Shown: positions 36,528 through 64,000 of the stretch, piece by piece
How the letters are laid out: each line of letters opens with the position of its first letter
How positions within the stretch are numbered: the first letter of the stretch is position 1
Program-made: the position numbers and the translations under genes
Notes under the pieces: model-generated
What the model saw: only the letters and a program-made list of their open reading frames with translations
The model's database searches: none
What the model was told of the DNA's origin: nothing
Source of the DNA: Raillietiella orientalis
Taxonomy: Eukaryota
Assembly (NCBI GenBank): GCA_036172245.1
Contig: JAYWIR010000010.1
Coordinates: forward strand, 4,154,001-4,218,000
Direction: 5' to 3'
DNA: 64,000 nucleotides

Positions 36528-39500
36528 ATAAATTGTTAGTAATTTTTCAGACAAACTAGAAGTTTATTGTAGGAAGCATCAAATTCTAAGTAGCATGTTT
36601 ACCAAAGTATTTTACATGTATTGTGGAATTCCCTAGTTCTTGGTATTACACACACGTTTTTATTATTTTTTAAAGTCCCGGAAAGTTCTGGAACGTTTTT
36701 ATAATTATCGACAATGCAAGCTCACGAAGAACTTTGAAGTACTGTTTCTACGTGTTCTCTAAATATGCAAAGGCAGTTCACATCGCACATTCCCAAAATA
36801 GTTTATAAAAGTAGTAATTCAAGTGGCCACGTGTGTACGGTAGCAAAGAGTACAAAAACAAACAGAGAGAGGGAAGCTTGCCTAAAGTTTCTTGTATATA
36901 CATGCCCCCATTTTTCTTTGCACATGCAACTTTTCGTTGGTGTTGCAGGTAATGTTCCTGCTGTTTCTGTGAAATGTTCTCCGGCAATTCATGTAAAGTT
37001 TGTAGGTGAATAAACTGTTATCATTTAATAAAAGGATAACGAAATGTTGAAATGATTTTTGGCGAATTTCAGCCCATGACTAAAACTCCCACAAATTGCT
37101 TCCTTGTGTTTTTAACGGGACTGTTAACCGCAACTTCACCTACCGAAAAGGTCACACGGCTTTATAGTTTGAGTGACAATTGCAGGAAAGAAAATTCAAA
37201 TCATTTATCGTCTACTTGGCGATAAACTTCAGTTGAAGACCTATTCACTAAACGGATCACTTCTGTGAAAACTTTCAAACAAGCGGTTCGTACAAGAACG
37301 CTCACAATTGCTCCCAGCGCGCAACTAGTCAACGGGTTCCTGTCGCGTGTTATTCATTTGCAAAACCGACACGTCCAAAGCATTGAAAAGTTGTATATTT
37401 GTTTTCCTTCCTAAACCAAACCATGGTAATCTGAAGTTTCCCTTAACAAACCTGAGATTTAACTATTAAGTGCCCTTACGCTTAGAAATCCGCTTGGTTT
37501 CTGAATCTGATTCTACCAGTTAGAAATCCTAAATACTGCTTCAAAAAAGCAGTTCGTCAGGCTTCCCAGTCCTTCTTTGCTGCCATGAGATCCGAGCCAC
37601 GAGTGAAGTAAATAAGAGACTTTCTAAACAAACTCGAATAGCTCTCAATGAAGGAATTAGCCAATGCATGTCTCAAATTAAAGAAACCTCAACAAAAATG
37701 AAACCTGCTTACAGTGCAGAATGAATTAATAGCTAATTCTCTAAATCCAAAAGTTTTTTTTCTTTTGTACATCGTGTGCACGACCAAATTTATGAATCCT
37801 TTGCAAAAAAAAAAAAGAAACATCCCAGAAAAAGCTTGAGAGATACTTCTCAAATGCTCCAGAGAAAAAACAGTGAGTTCGATGTGTATTGATGGTTGCG
37901 AACTACATATTAATGGGGCTATTTCATTGAATATTTACGTGATAAGCATTACATGAATACATTTTACAAGGTTAGCACAGTAATGTGATGAAAAATATGA
38001 GTATATGTATTTTAGAAAATCGTGCATTCTAGTGGATGTAACCCATTCATCCTATAAGGACTGCCATTGAATTTTCATTTAATTGTTCTCAATCTTTCAT
38101 TTTATGCAATAAATCATAGAAACAAAGCATACAACTATGAAGAGAAATAAAAATAGTCTATTATGTATGTGTTTTTTTTTTTAAAAAAAAGACCACTTGC
38201 AAAAAGCAGGGTAATCCATGACTATTTCTGCATAAAGAACATAATTTTATACGGTTATGAAGTCAGACTATTTCCGCGGTACTGATGACTTGTAGCAATA
38301 TATTCCAAATTTTCTGGTACATATGTATATACGGATGGAATCTAGCATGCATAAAACTTCCAATAACCACTTGGAAGATATGAAGAAGCCTTCGCAGAGC
38401 AGTTGTTCATGTAGCTTATTTTCGATTTTGCTACAATTATACACGAAGAGCATGCTTTTCTGACTTTTGTGAAATTTCCAAGTGCATACACACATTTCCA
38501 AAATTGTACTTATTTGGCATAATTCCATTTCCTATTAATCTACATGTAATTTACGGGTATATTTTTTAAAAAATTTGAAATAATCCTAATATTTTTGTTT
38601 GATTTTTCTGCCATTGTGGTTGAGATTGCTTCAGAAAACAGAATCATAAGGTTCTTGGAAAAAATATCATGTTATTCGAATTTGCAAAATGTTTGCAAAA
38701 TCTTGCAAATTCATATGAATCGTTTGTTCGTTCTTTTAATGATTACACAAATTCTTATTCCAAATAGTTGTAAGCTGGTTACTGACATATTAACTTTCAT
38801 TATTATCATCTTAGAAGACCATTTAGATAATCTCAATTAAATCATCGATAAAAAGAGACCTCAGAGACTATAACCACATACTTGCATTGCTGTCATTAGT
38901 TTCAAGAAACTTGTAAGAAATCTGCAAATCCAATGTATTACAAAAAAAATTATCCACCTTTCAGCAGACATTACTATTATCTGTAATATTTGAATGAATT
39001 GATTAGGTATCCTGTTATCTCGAGACAATAATAAGATGAGAGTGATGACCGAACGTCATTTACACATTTCTTTAATCATATTCAGACTAATTTTTCCTCA
39101 ACTCTTAGCATTTTAGAATAATGACCCCAGTGCTACTGACAATTTGTGAAGTGAAGGAATGAATCAAAGTATGTATTTGTGAAGCAAATTTCATTTGATC
39201 TCATTTGCAAGTGAATGCCTTCATTTGAGCAAAGGGGATCATAAATAAGGAGCATTTCGCAGGTTATTCTCAGAAAATATCTATTCCATTTTTTACATTT
39301 TAAAGACCATCGAGGCGTTTTATCCAATGGTTTTTTATTCTTGTATTCCTTTATTTTTTCCATATTAAGGAAAACAGTTACTCTACCATTCCTTGGAATA
39401 GCAGAGCAATGGAGTGTAAAAATTGGAGTTCAAGAGCATTATTCTCAAAAAGGCAAATTCATTTCTTACGATTCGGATTCATTGATTTCAAAATTGGTAA

Positions 39501-42500
39501 GGACTGTGCAAGTAATGATTCTGAATGTTATAGGCACGTGCCCACATGCGTGTATACATATTGAAACAGTCAGATTTCAAGATTTATTACAGGTGGCTTG
39601 AGATAAGTTAGAGAACAATCTGTGAGAAAACCAATAAATATTATTTTTTCGTTTTCCTTGATATATACAATATTCTGAGATAAGTCACTAAAACGAATGA
39701 GCAATGTATGTAAAGCAAGCTGAGGGTTATCTGTGAGTACAAATCCCCCCCCCCCCCCAAAAAAAAAGTAAATATATTCTTGTGTTCTAAACAACACATG
39801 AAGAATAAATGGAAATATAAAGATTGTCGAATCCTGAACAGACTGTAGCATTAGCTTGCCTCCAATGAGACACAAAGTTCAACGCTTTCCTATCACAGCA
39901 AACACATTTTCAAATTCAGCTGGCTGTTTCTTCAGGTATAGAGCTCTTTCAGCCATCACATGGGTTAAAGAATGATTAAGCAAAGTAAACACAATTCTTG
40001 GAAAATAAGACCATTAGCGACCATGAACATGCTGCTCGTTAATTTACGGAAACAAAATGCTGTTAGGGAATCCAATTTTATTTCAGAATGGAGGCAAGGA
40101 AAAAATGCAGGCAGTAGTTCATAGCACATATTTAAACGGGCTAGTATTAGTAGCTCTGTATTAGTGTTGGATGCATGTCTAATATTAAGCTAAGTGCAAC
40201 GAATGATCTTGAATAACTAAATGCTGAGAAGGAGAATGTGATAACATTACGTTTTAATTTACCACGGATATTAGCCAAGAACACTAAGTTGGTGTGCATA
40301 TTCCCATGTACAAAACAAGCACGAAAATGCAAAAAAAAAACTTAAGTTTCGTTCATGTCATTTTTTGTATTTTTCTCATTGTTTCTCAAATTCCAAAATT
40401 TTCACCAGCATTTGTACTAAACAAATACCAGTTTGATGAGCGAAGATATTTTCTTCTATTTCAACGGACAGTAAATTTCAAATGTGGACATGAAGAAAAT
40501 TGCTTAGCATTTAGAAGTGTGCACAGCTTTCTAAGGAGCTTAACTGACAATTTTTGGTCTTTCTATTATAATTTGTTTTATCTTTTTGTATTGTTCTACA
40601 GTTTCCTGTTGATAAAATCTACCTGTTCAGCATTTACTGAAACGGAATGTCGATTTTTTAAAAGAAATTAGAGGAAGTGAGCATCTCTTCATCTTAAGGG
40701 AAACAATGGCAAATAGAACCAATGCTCGTAAACTAGATTCACATATAACTGTAAGCAATTATTAATGGTTTAGAAACTTTTATAGTTTCATTTTATTCAA
40801 AGATTTTAGCGATTTCGAATGTCAATATTATTGTACTAGATGCTATTTCTAAAGTTGGATTAGTTTTCTGTTTAAGTTTCAAGTCTTTTTCCTGTAAAGT
40901 ATTCTGGGTTCTATCAAATTGCAATCTCCTTGTATTTAAATAATGATAACAATAGTCATAGTGAGAACACAATGGTTCGAAGTTAGAACAATTGCTCTTA
41001 ATTTAATGCAGTAAGTTTTTTGCACTTCTACATTTGAAAAAATCGGTATTCATTTCCAGATTGACTTGTAATATTGTGATGTGACATTTGCATCGACCTC
41101 TGAAGAACTGAATCGTATTCCATGTTGTTCCTCATTACATGCTGCAATCATTTGGTTTCAAGTGCAGAAAGGCGGAAGAGGAATGCTAGCTGTAAGATTG
41201 ATAGCAATGATTCCAAAAAATCGTCTGTGCACTTTTTAAGGATGTTTTCAGCATTTCCTTGCACTCAATACACATGGATGTTGATGATAATAATTGCTTA
41301 GAGAATTCATTTTATTTGTACAAATGATAATTATGATTTCGGATATGCAGCAAAAGAACTTAGTTGCCAGTAAGTTAGTGTCTTGGGATTCTGGAGTAAC
41401 AAAAAAGAAGAAAAAACATAAAAGTGCTGAAATAATAAATGCCTCCTTTATAGAGCCAGACACTGCCTTTTTTACTAATCGTTTAGTATGTCTCATGTAG
41501 CTCATCGTATTTTTAGATTCCAAATCGTTAAGCTTGTGGACATCATATGCTTGGCTACTGAGAATTTTCCTTTGCTTTCAAGTTCTGCAGATTTTTCGAG
41601 AATTAATCAGTATGCCTCTATTTCCGTATATCAGTGATAATTTTCACTACATACAGTACATTACGTAACCAAAAGTCTCAGTTTTCGCTAGTGTTATGTT
41701 TACTTTCCTCAAGTATGGAAATATGCGAAACTTTACATATAATAACTGAATTGAGTTGATAATGATTGAAATAATGCACTTTCATTTGTTTTTCGAAGAC
41801 TTTTCCAACACGAGTGCTACTTTTCATTTTTTTTTCTTCTTTTCATATTCTTCACTGGAATTTTAAGCATTTTATTGAGAAAAGTTTCCAAACCATCTTG
41901 GAGTGTCTTGAATTTCACTCTCCATTAGTGTCTCCGATATGCTTTGCTCTTCTTGTGCAGTGCACAATTTGTGTTATCCTACCTTCATGGAACACTGACA
42001 ATTTCACCACGTTTTCTATTGTATTTGTGCATTCATGTCTTGCTTTCTGATAATAAATGATTAGTAGAATATCCTATATTCTTCAATATAATATAGTGTT
42101 CTGTATATATAAGTAAGCACTAATAAAGATGATTGTAATTCCTGCCTACCCCTTCATTTTGATTTGCAATTGATTATATGTATCGGATGTGATCCATATG
42201 GAAAATTATAAAATCACTCGTGTTTACAATATTTTATTAAAACTTACTTTATTAACTGACTCTTACTGTGACATGCCACTGTTCCTAGGGTAGGTTTTCC
42301 TTAGACCGTGTTTTTTTAATACAATAAACATATGTATGTACGGAATTATTCGATGAATAAAGAGTTTTGTTTTTAGTTATTGTTAATAGGTATCTGTTTT
42401 CATCATAGCCTCCGGCAGTAGCTCAAGCAAATGTGTGAGGAAATTAAGCATTTCCTTGCACTGCTTTTTGGAATTTTTCAGTGAAAGTTTTTATGGTGGC

Positions 42501-43001
42501 AAAAGGATTCTCGAAATGCTGACTGGTGATCCGCTCGAGCGCGTCCGCTGTCCCGGTGTGGCAATTGTGGCGCTTTCAGAGTCCCGGTTGACGTTCGCAA
42601 ATTTCTAGTGAGCCTAATTCACTCACCAAATTATTTGTCATTCCGATTTTATGAATGGACGAATGAGTATCGGTTGCTTTGTTTATGATCCGGTAAAAAA
42701 AATATGTTGAAGAGCCGGTGAGAAGATTCCAACACCCTGAGCTCGATTTGTGCGATCGGAAAACTCGGCAGTTGAATCGGCCGCATGCTGTATTTTACGA
42801 TTGGTAGAGTAAGAGTAAATAAAGCTTCTTCCTTAAGCTGTACTCAATCCCATCATTTTCTGTGCAGGTTCATTATAATATCTCATAATACTCCAATTCT
42901 TTAGTGTTCTTGTGCTACGACTTCGTTGTATCCTCGAAGTAGCGCTTTCCAAAAACGTATTGCATTGAGTAATAGTTGGTATCAGCTTGTTCAGATTGTA
43001 G

Positions 43002-43265
43002 ACGGCCGTCTTCAAAGTGGATCGCATCTTTAAAGCAAATTGCTGTAAATTCTTGAAAAGTTATTGGATCACACGTTTTACGTATAAACTTCATTTCCAC
43101 CTCCATGGCAGAGTCATTACATTGTCAACCACTCCGGAAGAGTACATATTGAATTCTACAATACTACATTTTTACCCAACATCTTCACGTTCATTTTCCT
43201 TGTTTGAAAGTTGGGGTACCAAAAAAGACCGTCGTTTGAAGTTGGATTTTCTTCGTTGTAAGAAA
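43002..43265 (+). CDS. In-frame N-terminal extension of GlyRS (putative mitochondrial targeting region)
   Basis: 88 stop-free codons contiguous with the cytosolic ATG at 43266, rich in K/R/F/L/S/T. It ends ..SWGTKKDRRLKL.., resembling the block I recall just before the second Met of insect GlyRS. No in-frame ATG; bounded upstream by TAG 42999-43001, whose AG could be a splice acceptor. Confidence 0.6.
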
Positions 43266-57422
<14,157 letters not shown>

Positions 57423-60146
57423 CCCTGCCAAATATATTTTCTGCCTACATTTGTATATACTATGTGCGTATAGAGTGCACGTGTTTTCTTGTTCCTGTAG
57501 CACGACGTTTCTTTCGTAGTAAGTAACCCGCAAAAGGGTTCTTTCTAATTTTCAGTAGTTCATTGCAAGACAGAAGTTGTGTTTGGCCAGTTGCGCGGAA
57601 CACGACGAAAATTCAAAGTCACAGCACAGAGACTGTCTCTGTTAAATTTATTTGACACGAGTCGCCTTGTAGCATTCTGGTGTGTTCCTCTAGAGCGCAA
57701 GTTTGGCGAAGAAGGCCACCACGTGTGCAAACCCAAGTTACCGATTCTTGTTCTTAACGAAAAAGTTACCCATCCGTCCAGCGTAAAGACCAACGTTTGA
57801 AATCGGCAGAGCTCCGACTGGTAGAAAAGCAACGTATTAGGAAGTCCGCATTTGAAGAAGAAGGGTTTTGCTTTTGCCAGTCGCGATTGCGAAGTGGTCT
57901 GCAGGGGAGCTTCCAGCCCTGCGGCCTTGAGACCTCAGCCTGCAGTTCGAGCACTTTCCTCTTTTGGGCCGAGCAGTGGCGTGTCGGAGTACTTTCAGGA
58001 GCACCACGTTTCTTGCCCTCAATCGAAAATTTCGGGTTGATAGTAGTAGGCAAGTCTTTTTCCAGCGGTTTGTCACATGGGTGAGGCAAAACGCCTGGCA
58101 ACGACACTGAGTGTGTGTTCCAGCTCCATGAAGCTGCAGCGAGCAGGTTCGTGGTTGCAAAGGTGGCACGCAGCTCCGGGTCCTCAGTTTGCCTCTCCAA
58201 CGTTGCGCGGCTCTCGCGATACGTTGCAGGGTTTCAACGGCTCCAGGGAGCTCGGCAGCACCCCCTCCTCAAGAAGTCGGCGAAGGAAGGTATTGGGCTC
58301 GCTTGTTCGAAGGCACGAACTTCTTGGTTTGGGGGGGGGGGGGGGGGGCAAATCTGCTCCACGAGTGCGGCCATCTTAATGGGAGTGCGCAGCTGCCCTG
58401 CCACGTCCGCGTCGCAGCAAAAGCGTGCCCGAAGAAAACTGCAAGTGTGGCACAGTCTCCCACGAAAATTGTGGCGGTCCCCAGAAACATTGCACGTGGA
58501 GGGGAAATAGGGTCTACACAAAGCAATACATAATATACCAATCTGTCTCAGAATAGTAGTGGGGGTAATTTAAAAATGAATTGTGCCCAAAACCACCAGC
58601 AGTCATTTCCGATTGATTACGTGATAGTACAAGAACATGATCTTGATAACATAATCCCGAGAAGATGGGATACGTTTGCTTTTGCCATGGAGATATTCAG
58701 TCTTGATGCAGAGCATCAGATTTAAGCATACACCACTCTGTTCTTTTTGGTCTTCACCATGGACTCTGTAGCGAATAAAACCTGCAAGTCATAAATACAA
58801 TCCTATTCGGGACATAGGCCACTGAAGTGCATTACTATTTGTCGTTAAGAAAATTATTGAAACGTAAGATTGGTTTGTGACAAGCTTTCACAAGACTTCG
58901 GGTATCCTACTTTAAATAATAATAGATAAAGCATTAAATGTGGCTTTCATATTTATAACTACTCTCACAGAATAAATTCTGTTCACAGATTTGTCACTTT
59001 CGTGACTCCCTGCATTTTACAGGAATGACGGGAAAGGATCTTCTCCTGTAGGACTGTAAGGCGCAAAACGTTTGGGATTACTACAGATTGAACTTTCAAA
59101 AATCGTTGCTTCAAAATCTTTGAAGATTGAAACTGCCATTCAGAGCACGGTTGCCAATCTTTTTGATAACAAAGTTTATGTAAGAATTTATGTGCATCAT
59201 TGCACAAATTACATCATCATTCCACATGGAAACTAAAAAGAATCCATAAAATGAAAAATCAAACGCACGAACTTCCATTTGTTATTTGTTTTGTTCCACT
59301 CTCCATGGTTAACTTTGGCACTAATTCTAGGAGCTCTGTTTTACAAGAAGTTTACAACTTCAAATATCAACGTCATGACTCTTGAAAGCCATATTCCTTG
59401 AAAATTTTAAATCTTTGGGAAAATTAGCATTTAATTAGGAGGAAGAATTGATTCGAAAGGATGCAGCTCATCCTTAATGGAAGAACATTCCGGGGACATT
59501 CTGCATTCTAGGGTTTCTGAAATTCAAGTTTTCGTTTTGCAAAAAACTCCACAAATTTCGAGCAGCCTAAATTTTAAAAATCTCGGAATTGGGTCTCATA
59601 CCAAACGGAAGCTCAATGGAAGAGTGCATCCTAAGCCTATTCAGTGAATTATAAATGCTTTCTCATTTACTTATTTGTTTTACATTCCTACTATCGAATG
59701 GACCATGCTATTATTTTCTCCCGGAGATGGCCGTCGAGAATCGCTATGCCCTTTATCTCATAGTTCCATACTGTGCGAGTACTATTTGGAAATTAATTCA
59801 CTTGTGTGGAGTGTCACGAAATTTTTTGCAGAAAAATTGGTTTCGTGCCAATAAATTTGTACCTGATAAATCAAAAAATTGTCTGGGATCTCTAAAAATT
59901 TTAAAATTTGTTTTTCCGTAAAATCTCATTCAATGTTTCCATATTCCAATTGGATTTTTATACGTGTTTATTTTTATATACATCTTTCTATCTTGATAAC
60001 ATAACCTATTGCATACGTCACTCATGTGGTTCGACTTTTCCAAACGTATTCTGTCATGGTTTCAGTGTCATCAAGGATTTTGCTATGGTTACTTTAATAG
60101 CAGGAGTGAATATTTGCTATTCTCAATGAAACCTTACTGCAAGATG

Positions 60147-60925
60147 ATTCGACTCCATGGTGTTTGTTAGCTCCCCACAAAATGTATTTTTCTGATCACT
60201 GATGATACATTCACTGTAGCTGATAGTAGATCATTATCGTAGCATCAAAATGAAATTTGAAAAAATACACAAATGCCATAGGATTGGAAAAAAATGTACA
60301 TCAGTCAAATCAATCAAAGGATAAAAAGTAGTCGATCAATGACTCTAAAGAATCTGTTAAGCAATGAAATGAGCTTAAGTGAAAAAATCAATTAATGAAG
60401 TCACATCGAGTATTCTTTTTGTGTATGCAAAATGCATAGTTGAGTCGCTTTTCTAAAAAAACCTGAGTCAAAAAAGGGGACTACGTTTAAATAATTTTTT
60501 TCCACGACAAATCCGGAAATGTAGACTTATGAAAAACACATCTTCAGAGAAGCTTAGACAGTTTTGCAAAGATTAATCTACTTAAGTTTCTTATTTACAT
60601 ATGGACTCTCAACTATTTACTCTCTTTATGAAATGGAAGGACACTTGGACTTCAGCATAGGAACATCGTACACACCAAATGCTAACTCATTGCCATACGT
60701 AATCAGAATTCTTCGTTCGAGAACAGCGGACTCTTCGCCAATATGCAAACGATGAATTTAGGATCAGTTGATCATCATGAAGGGAGGAATCATTTCGCAG
60801 AATTCTGGAATTATGATACTGATGGTTCGCTCCTAACATTGGACACAGTTGGTGTGAGGTGAGGAATTCGACTTAATGCTGTTATGTAAGCTACCAAAAA
60901 ATGCATTTTTCTGATCTCTGATGGT
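60147..60925. repeat. Diverged direct repeat: 60147-60206 and 60866-60925
   Basis: Ungapped 60-nt alignment with 45 identities (hand count). On the minus strand the copies read IISDQKNTFCGELTNTMESN and TIRDQKNAFFGSLHNSIKSN. Confidence 0.75.
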
Positions 60926-62452
60926 GCTACCTAGAAGGATTTTGCCACTGAATTTGGAGACTTGGAAAATTCCGAGGAATGGAAATAAATAAAATGTAGA
61001 ATTGGAGCAGCTGATATTACTGGTTTACTGATTCCAAAGGCTCAAACACGCAAGGCTATGATTAATCGAAAAGGCAAAGGAGAAGGAGATGCAAAGTGTG
61101 GAGAAAACAACGAATACTCCAAAGGAAAAGATAATTAAATCAATGGATTCTAAGCTCTGAAAGACAAAAGGGAAACACTTGCGAGGATGTCTCAGCATCA
61201 TACCAAATGTTGTGTCATGCTTTCGTCATATTTACTGTAACACAAGGCAACTACGTGAACTCGAATAACTCCTTTTTCAGGTTACACAGAAAAGAACAGT
61301 GCCGTGCACCTCTGCTCCCTCGTCCACGCCCCCTACTAAAACTCCTGTGGTGACTTAGGATCCGAGGCCAACTGGCAGTGAGGGACCCTCTGAGAGGACT
61401 TCCTCCCAATATTTGTCTTCTCACTAAGATCTATATTGCTTCCAGATTCTCGTCCACCAGTCCAGAGCTACGGTGGATAGGGAATCTGTCTCAAGTGAGC
61501 ACGTTTGTGTTCTGCACTTATGTTTCTGTGCACGTGGAAGGTTTTTCCTTACACTCATTTATAGCGTACAATAGACTCAGTAGGTTAAATAACTTTTGCT
61601 CACACGCCTGGGCAATTTGTCACTGCCAACTACGTTATCCCGCGAGGGCCTCAACTTACGAATGGGCTTTGCAGTGTTGATTCACTGACCTTCGGGACTG
61701 CCCTTTTCTTCTTCCCCCCCCTCCCCCCCTTTTCCATTCATGCACTTGTCCAGTGTCCTCTTGCTCGGCCACGGAAGCTCCACGGCGCCCTTTCAGGCGC
61801 GTGGTCTTCTCGTGTGCAGCCTGCAAGGGAAGCTGCCGTGTGGTGCTTTCGGATTCAGAGCGGAGTCGGTCCATCGGACGGCCTTCTCCCGGTGCGGATG
61901 CTGCCGATCCCCCAGATCTTTTTGGATTGTTAACTTTGATCGAAATCTGCGAAGCACAATCGGTGCAAACGTCTCCTCGTGTGGTGAACGTGGCGGTTGG
62001 AGCACTTTTCCGGCCTGGATTTGACCACACGAAGGTACCAATCATTTCGTAAGCATATTTGTAATTTTGCACGTGTAGTGGCACATTTTGACGTTGCAGC
62101 CATCCGTCGTAAGAAGTTATAGATCCTTCCACGGTTTTTCTTTGGCTATGAATTGTAATTTAGTGAGATTTGACGAATTTCGGCCGTTTCGTGGTCGTTT
62201 TCCGAATTCTTGGTTTTTTTTTTGGATGCTAATCAAAGCATCCATATTATAAGTACATCAAAATGCATAACAATGGATACGATGACCGCCCTCTTGTACA
62301 TTACATTACATATGGCAGACATATATAAGTTCATTGGGAATGTCAATAAAAATTTATTGCACATGTACAGATGGATATTGGACTCACAGTAAATGTAACA
62401 ATTTTTAATCTAATTAGTCCAATGCCTCAAATGGATGTATATTTTTAGAAAC

Positions 62453-64000
62453 ATGAAACAAATGGAGACAGACAGACATGTAAATATTCTGTATGGTAGT
62501 GAGACAGGTGAAACCCAAAGTGTGGCGGAAATGGCTGGAAGACAAGCTTTAAGGTTTTTTTTTTTTTGGCTTAACATAGTGAAAGCCAACTTTTCTTAGA
62601 TTGCACTTGAGTGTAATGGTTCAATCAATGGATGAATTTATTGTTGCACCTTCAACCCTTCAAGGGGTATTTCTTTTCACTTGCTCCACCACAGGTCAGG
62701 GAGAGGAGCCATCCAACATGAAACAGTTTTGGAAGTTTCTTTTACAGAAAAAGCTACGTGCTGATTTGTTTGCTGACATCTGCTTTGGTGTGTTAGGTTT
62801 AGGGGACTCTTCATATTCAAAATTTAATTATGCTGCAAAAAAGCTTCATAAGCGATTAATTCAGCTTGGTGGAACCCCACTAAAAGAGATTGGACTTGCT
62901 GATGATCAGCATGATTTGGGATCTGATGCTGTAGTTATACCTTGGCTGCAAGGGTGGTGGGAAAAAGTGCTGCAGATTTTTCCTTTACCCCTAGGTGTGA
63001 TCCCCATTCCTCCTGATGTCTTGCTTCCTCCTTGTTTTAAGCTGAAACGAACAGATGAGCCTGAAGTTCATCCTAAAACCTCTCGTTTGAAAATTCTGAA
63101 TAACCAAAGAGTTACTCCCGAAAATCATTTTCAAGATGTGAGGCTAATACAAATTGAAACATCATCATCGCATATGCCTGGAGATATTTTGAAAGTGCTG
63201 CCGCAAAATACTTATCAGAATGCACACAGACTTTTAAAACTGTTAAATGTTAATCCGGATGATGTTTTCACTTTGGAGCCATGTGATGGCAACACAAAAT
63301 TTCCAGTTATTGTTCCCTGTAGCTTCAATCACTGTGCTTTACATTATTGGGATATTCAAGCTGTCCCACGACGCTATTTCTTTGAGCTCTTGAGTCATTT
63401 CACCGATAGTGAAATGGAGAGGGACAGATTGCAAGAGTTTTTATCACCAGAAGGGCAGATGATGTTTTATGATTATTGTTATCGACCACGTCGCAGTGTG
63501 ATTGAAGTATTGCAGGATTTCCCTGGTGCCACTCGCAATATTAATTTTGACTATTTGTTTGATCTCTTCACCTGCATCAAGCCCCGAAGCTTCAGCATTG
63601 CTTCATCGTCCAAAGTAAAAATTGTTTTGTGTGCCTAATGGGTCACTATGTAGTTAAGACTTTTCCAGGTATTACAGAATTACTGGTAGTAGTAGTCAAA
63701 TATCAGACAAAACTGATAGAACCTCGGTTGGGATTATGTTCCAATTATCTAGCAAATGTGCACTGTGGAGATGAAATAGAGGCTTGCAAAGAATTGGGTA
63801 CATTAAGGTTCCCATGGGAAACTCAAGTGAGAATTTTAAGCTTGCTATTTTAAGGTTATCATTGGTCATGATGGCTTAGGTTCCATTGTTATTTATTGCC
63901 ACAGGAAGTGGGTGTGCACCATTGCGAGCTATGATACAGGATTGTCATGCAGAGGATTCTTCTTGGACATCTCCCATTTACTTTTTTTTTGGATGTCGAA
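62453..64000 (+). CDS. NDOR1: NADPH-dependent diflavin oxidoreductase 1 (Tah18 orthologue), 3' truncated by the window end
   Basis: Exons 62453-62552, 62600-63614, 63659-63826, 63880->64000. Motifs ILYGSETG, CSTTGQGEEPSNMKQFWKFLL, FGVLGLGDSSYSKFNYAAKKLHKRLIQLGG, ADDQHDLG, NQRVTPENHFQDVRLI, YCYRPRRSVIEVLQDF, IKPRSFSIASS, PRLGLCSNYLA, IATGSGCAPLR, FFGCR. No N-terminal membrane anchor, unlike P450 reductase. Confidence 0.95.

Overview
Eukaryotic, intron-containing DNA, most likely from an arthropod (it carries a clear orthologue of the septate-junction Ly6 gene coiled; many introns are only 44-60 nt). No prokaryotic features or CRISPR arrays were found. Five genes were reconstructed by hand, exon by exon, all on the + strand: coiled/cold (6113-8185), a highly divergent Cys-rich sigma-like glutathione S-transferase (17252-19798), wapl (30461-36287), glycyl-tRNA synthetase (43266-57422, with an open mitochondrial-type extension from 43002) and NDOR1 (62453 to the window end, truncated). 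Also present: a decayed Merlin/IS1595-type transposase (4469-5287), a candidate orphan membrane-protein gene (1692-2365, - strand), an imperfect inverted repeat, a composite tRNA-headed SINE-like insert in a GlyRS intron, and a sharp mosaic of AT-rich/CpG-poor versus GC/CpG-rich domains. Most long ORFs in the 11-26 kb GC-rich block look like compositional artefacts. The best leads are the GST that appears to have lost its glutathione-binding motifs, the AUG-less GlyRS presequence with an embedded uORF, and Wapl lacking recognisable YSR/FGF motifs. I found no convincing wholly new multi-gene system. All family assignments are from memory of consensus sequences, not database searches.
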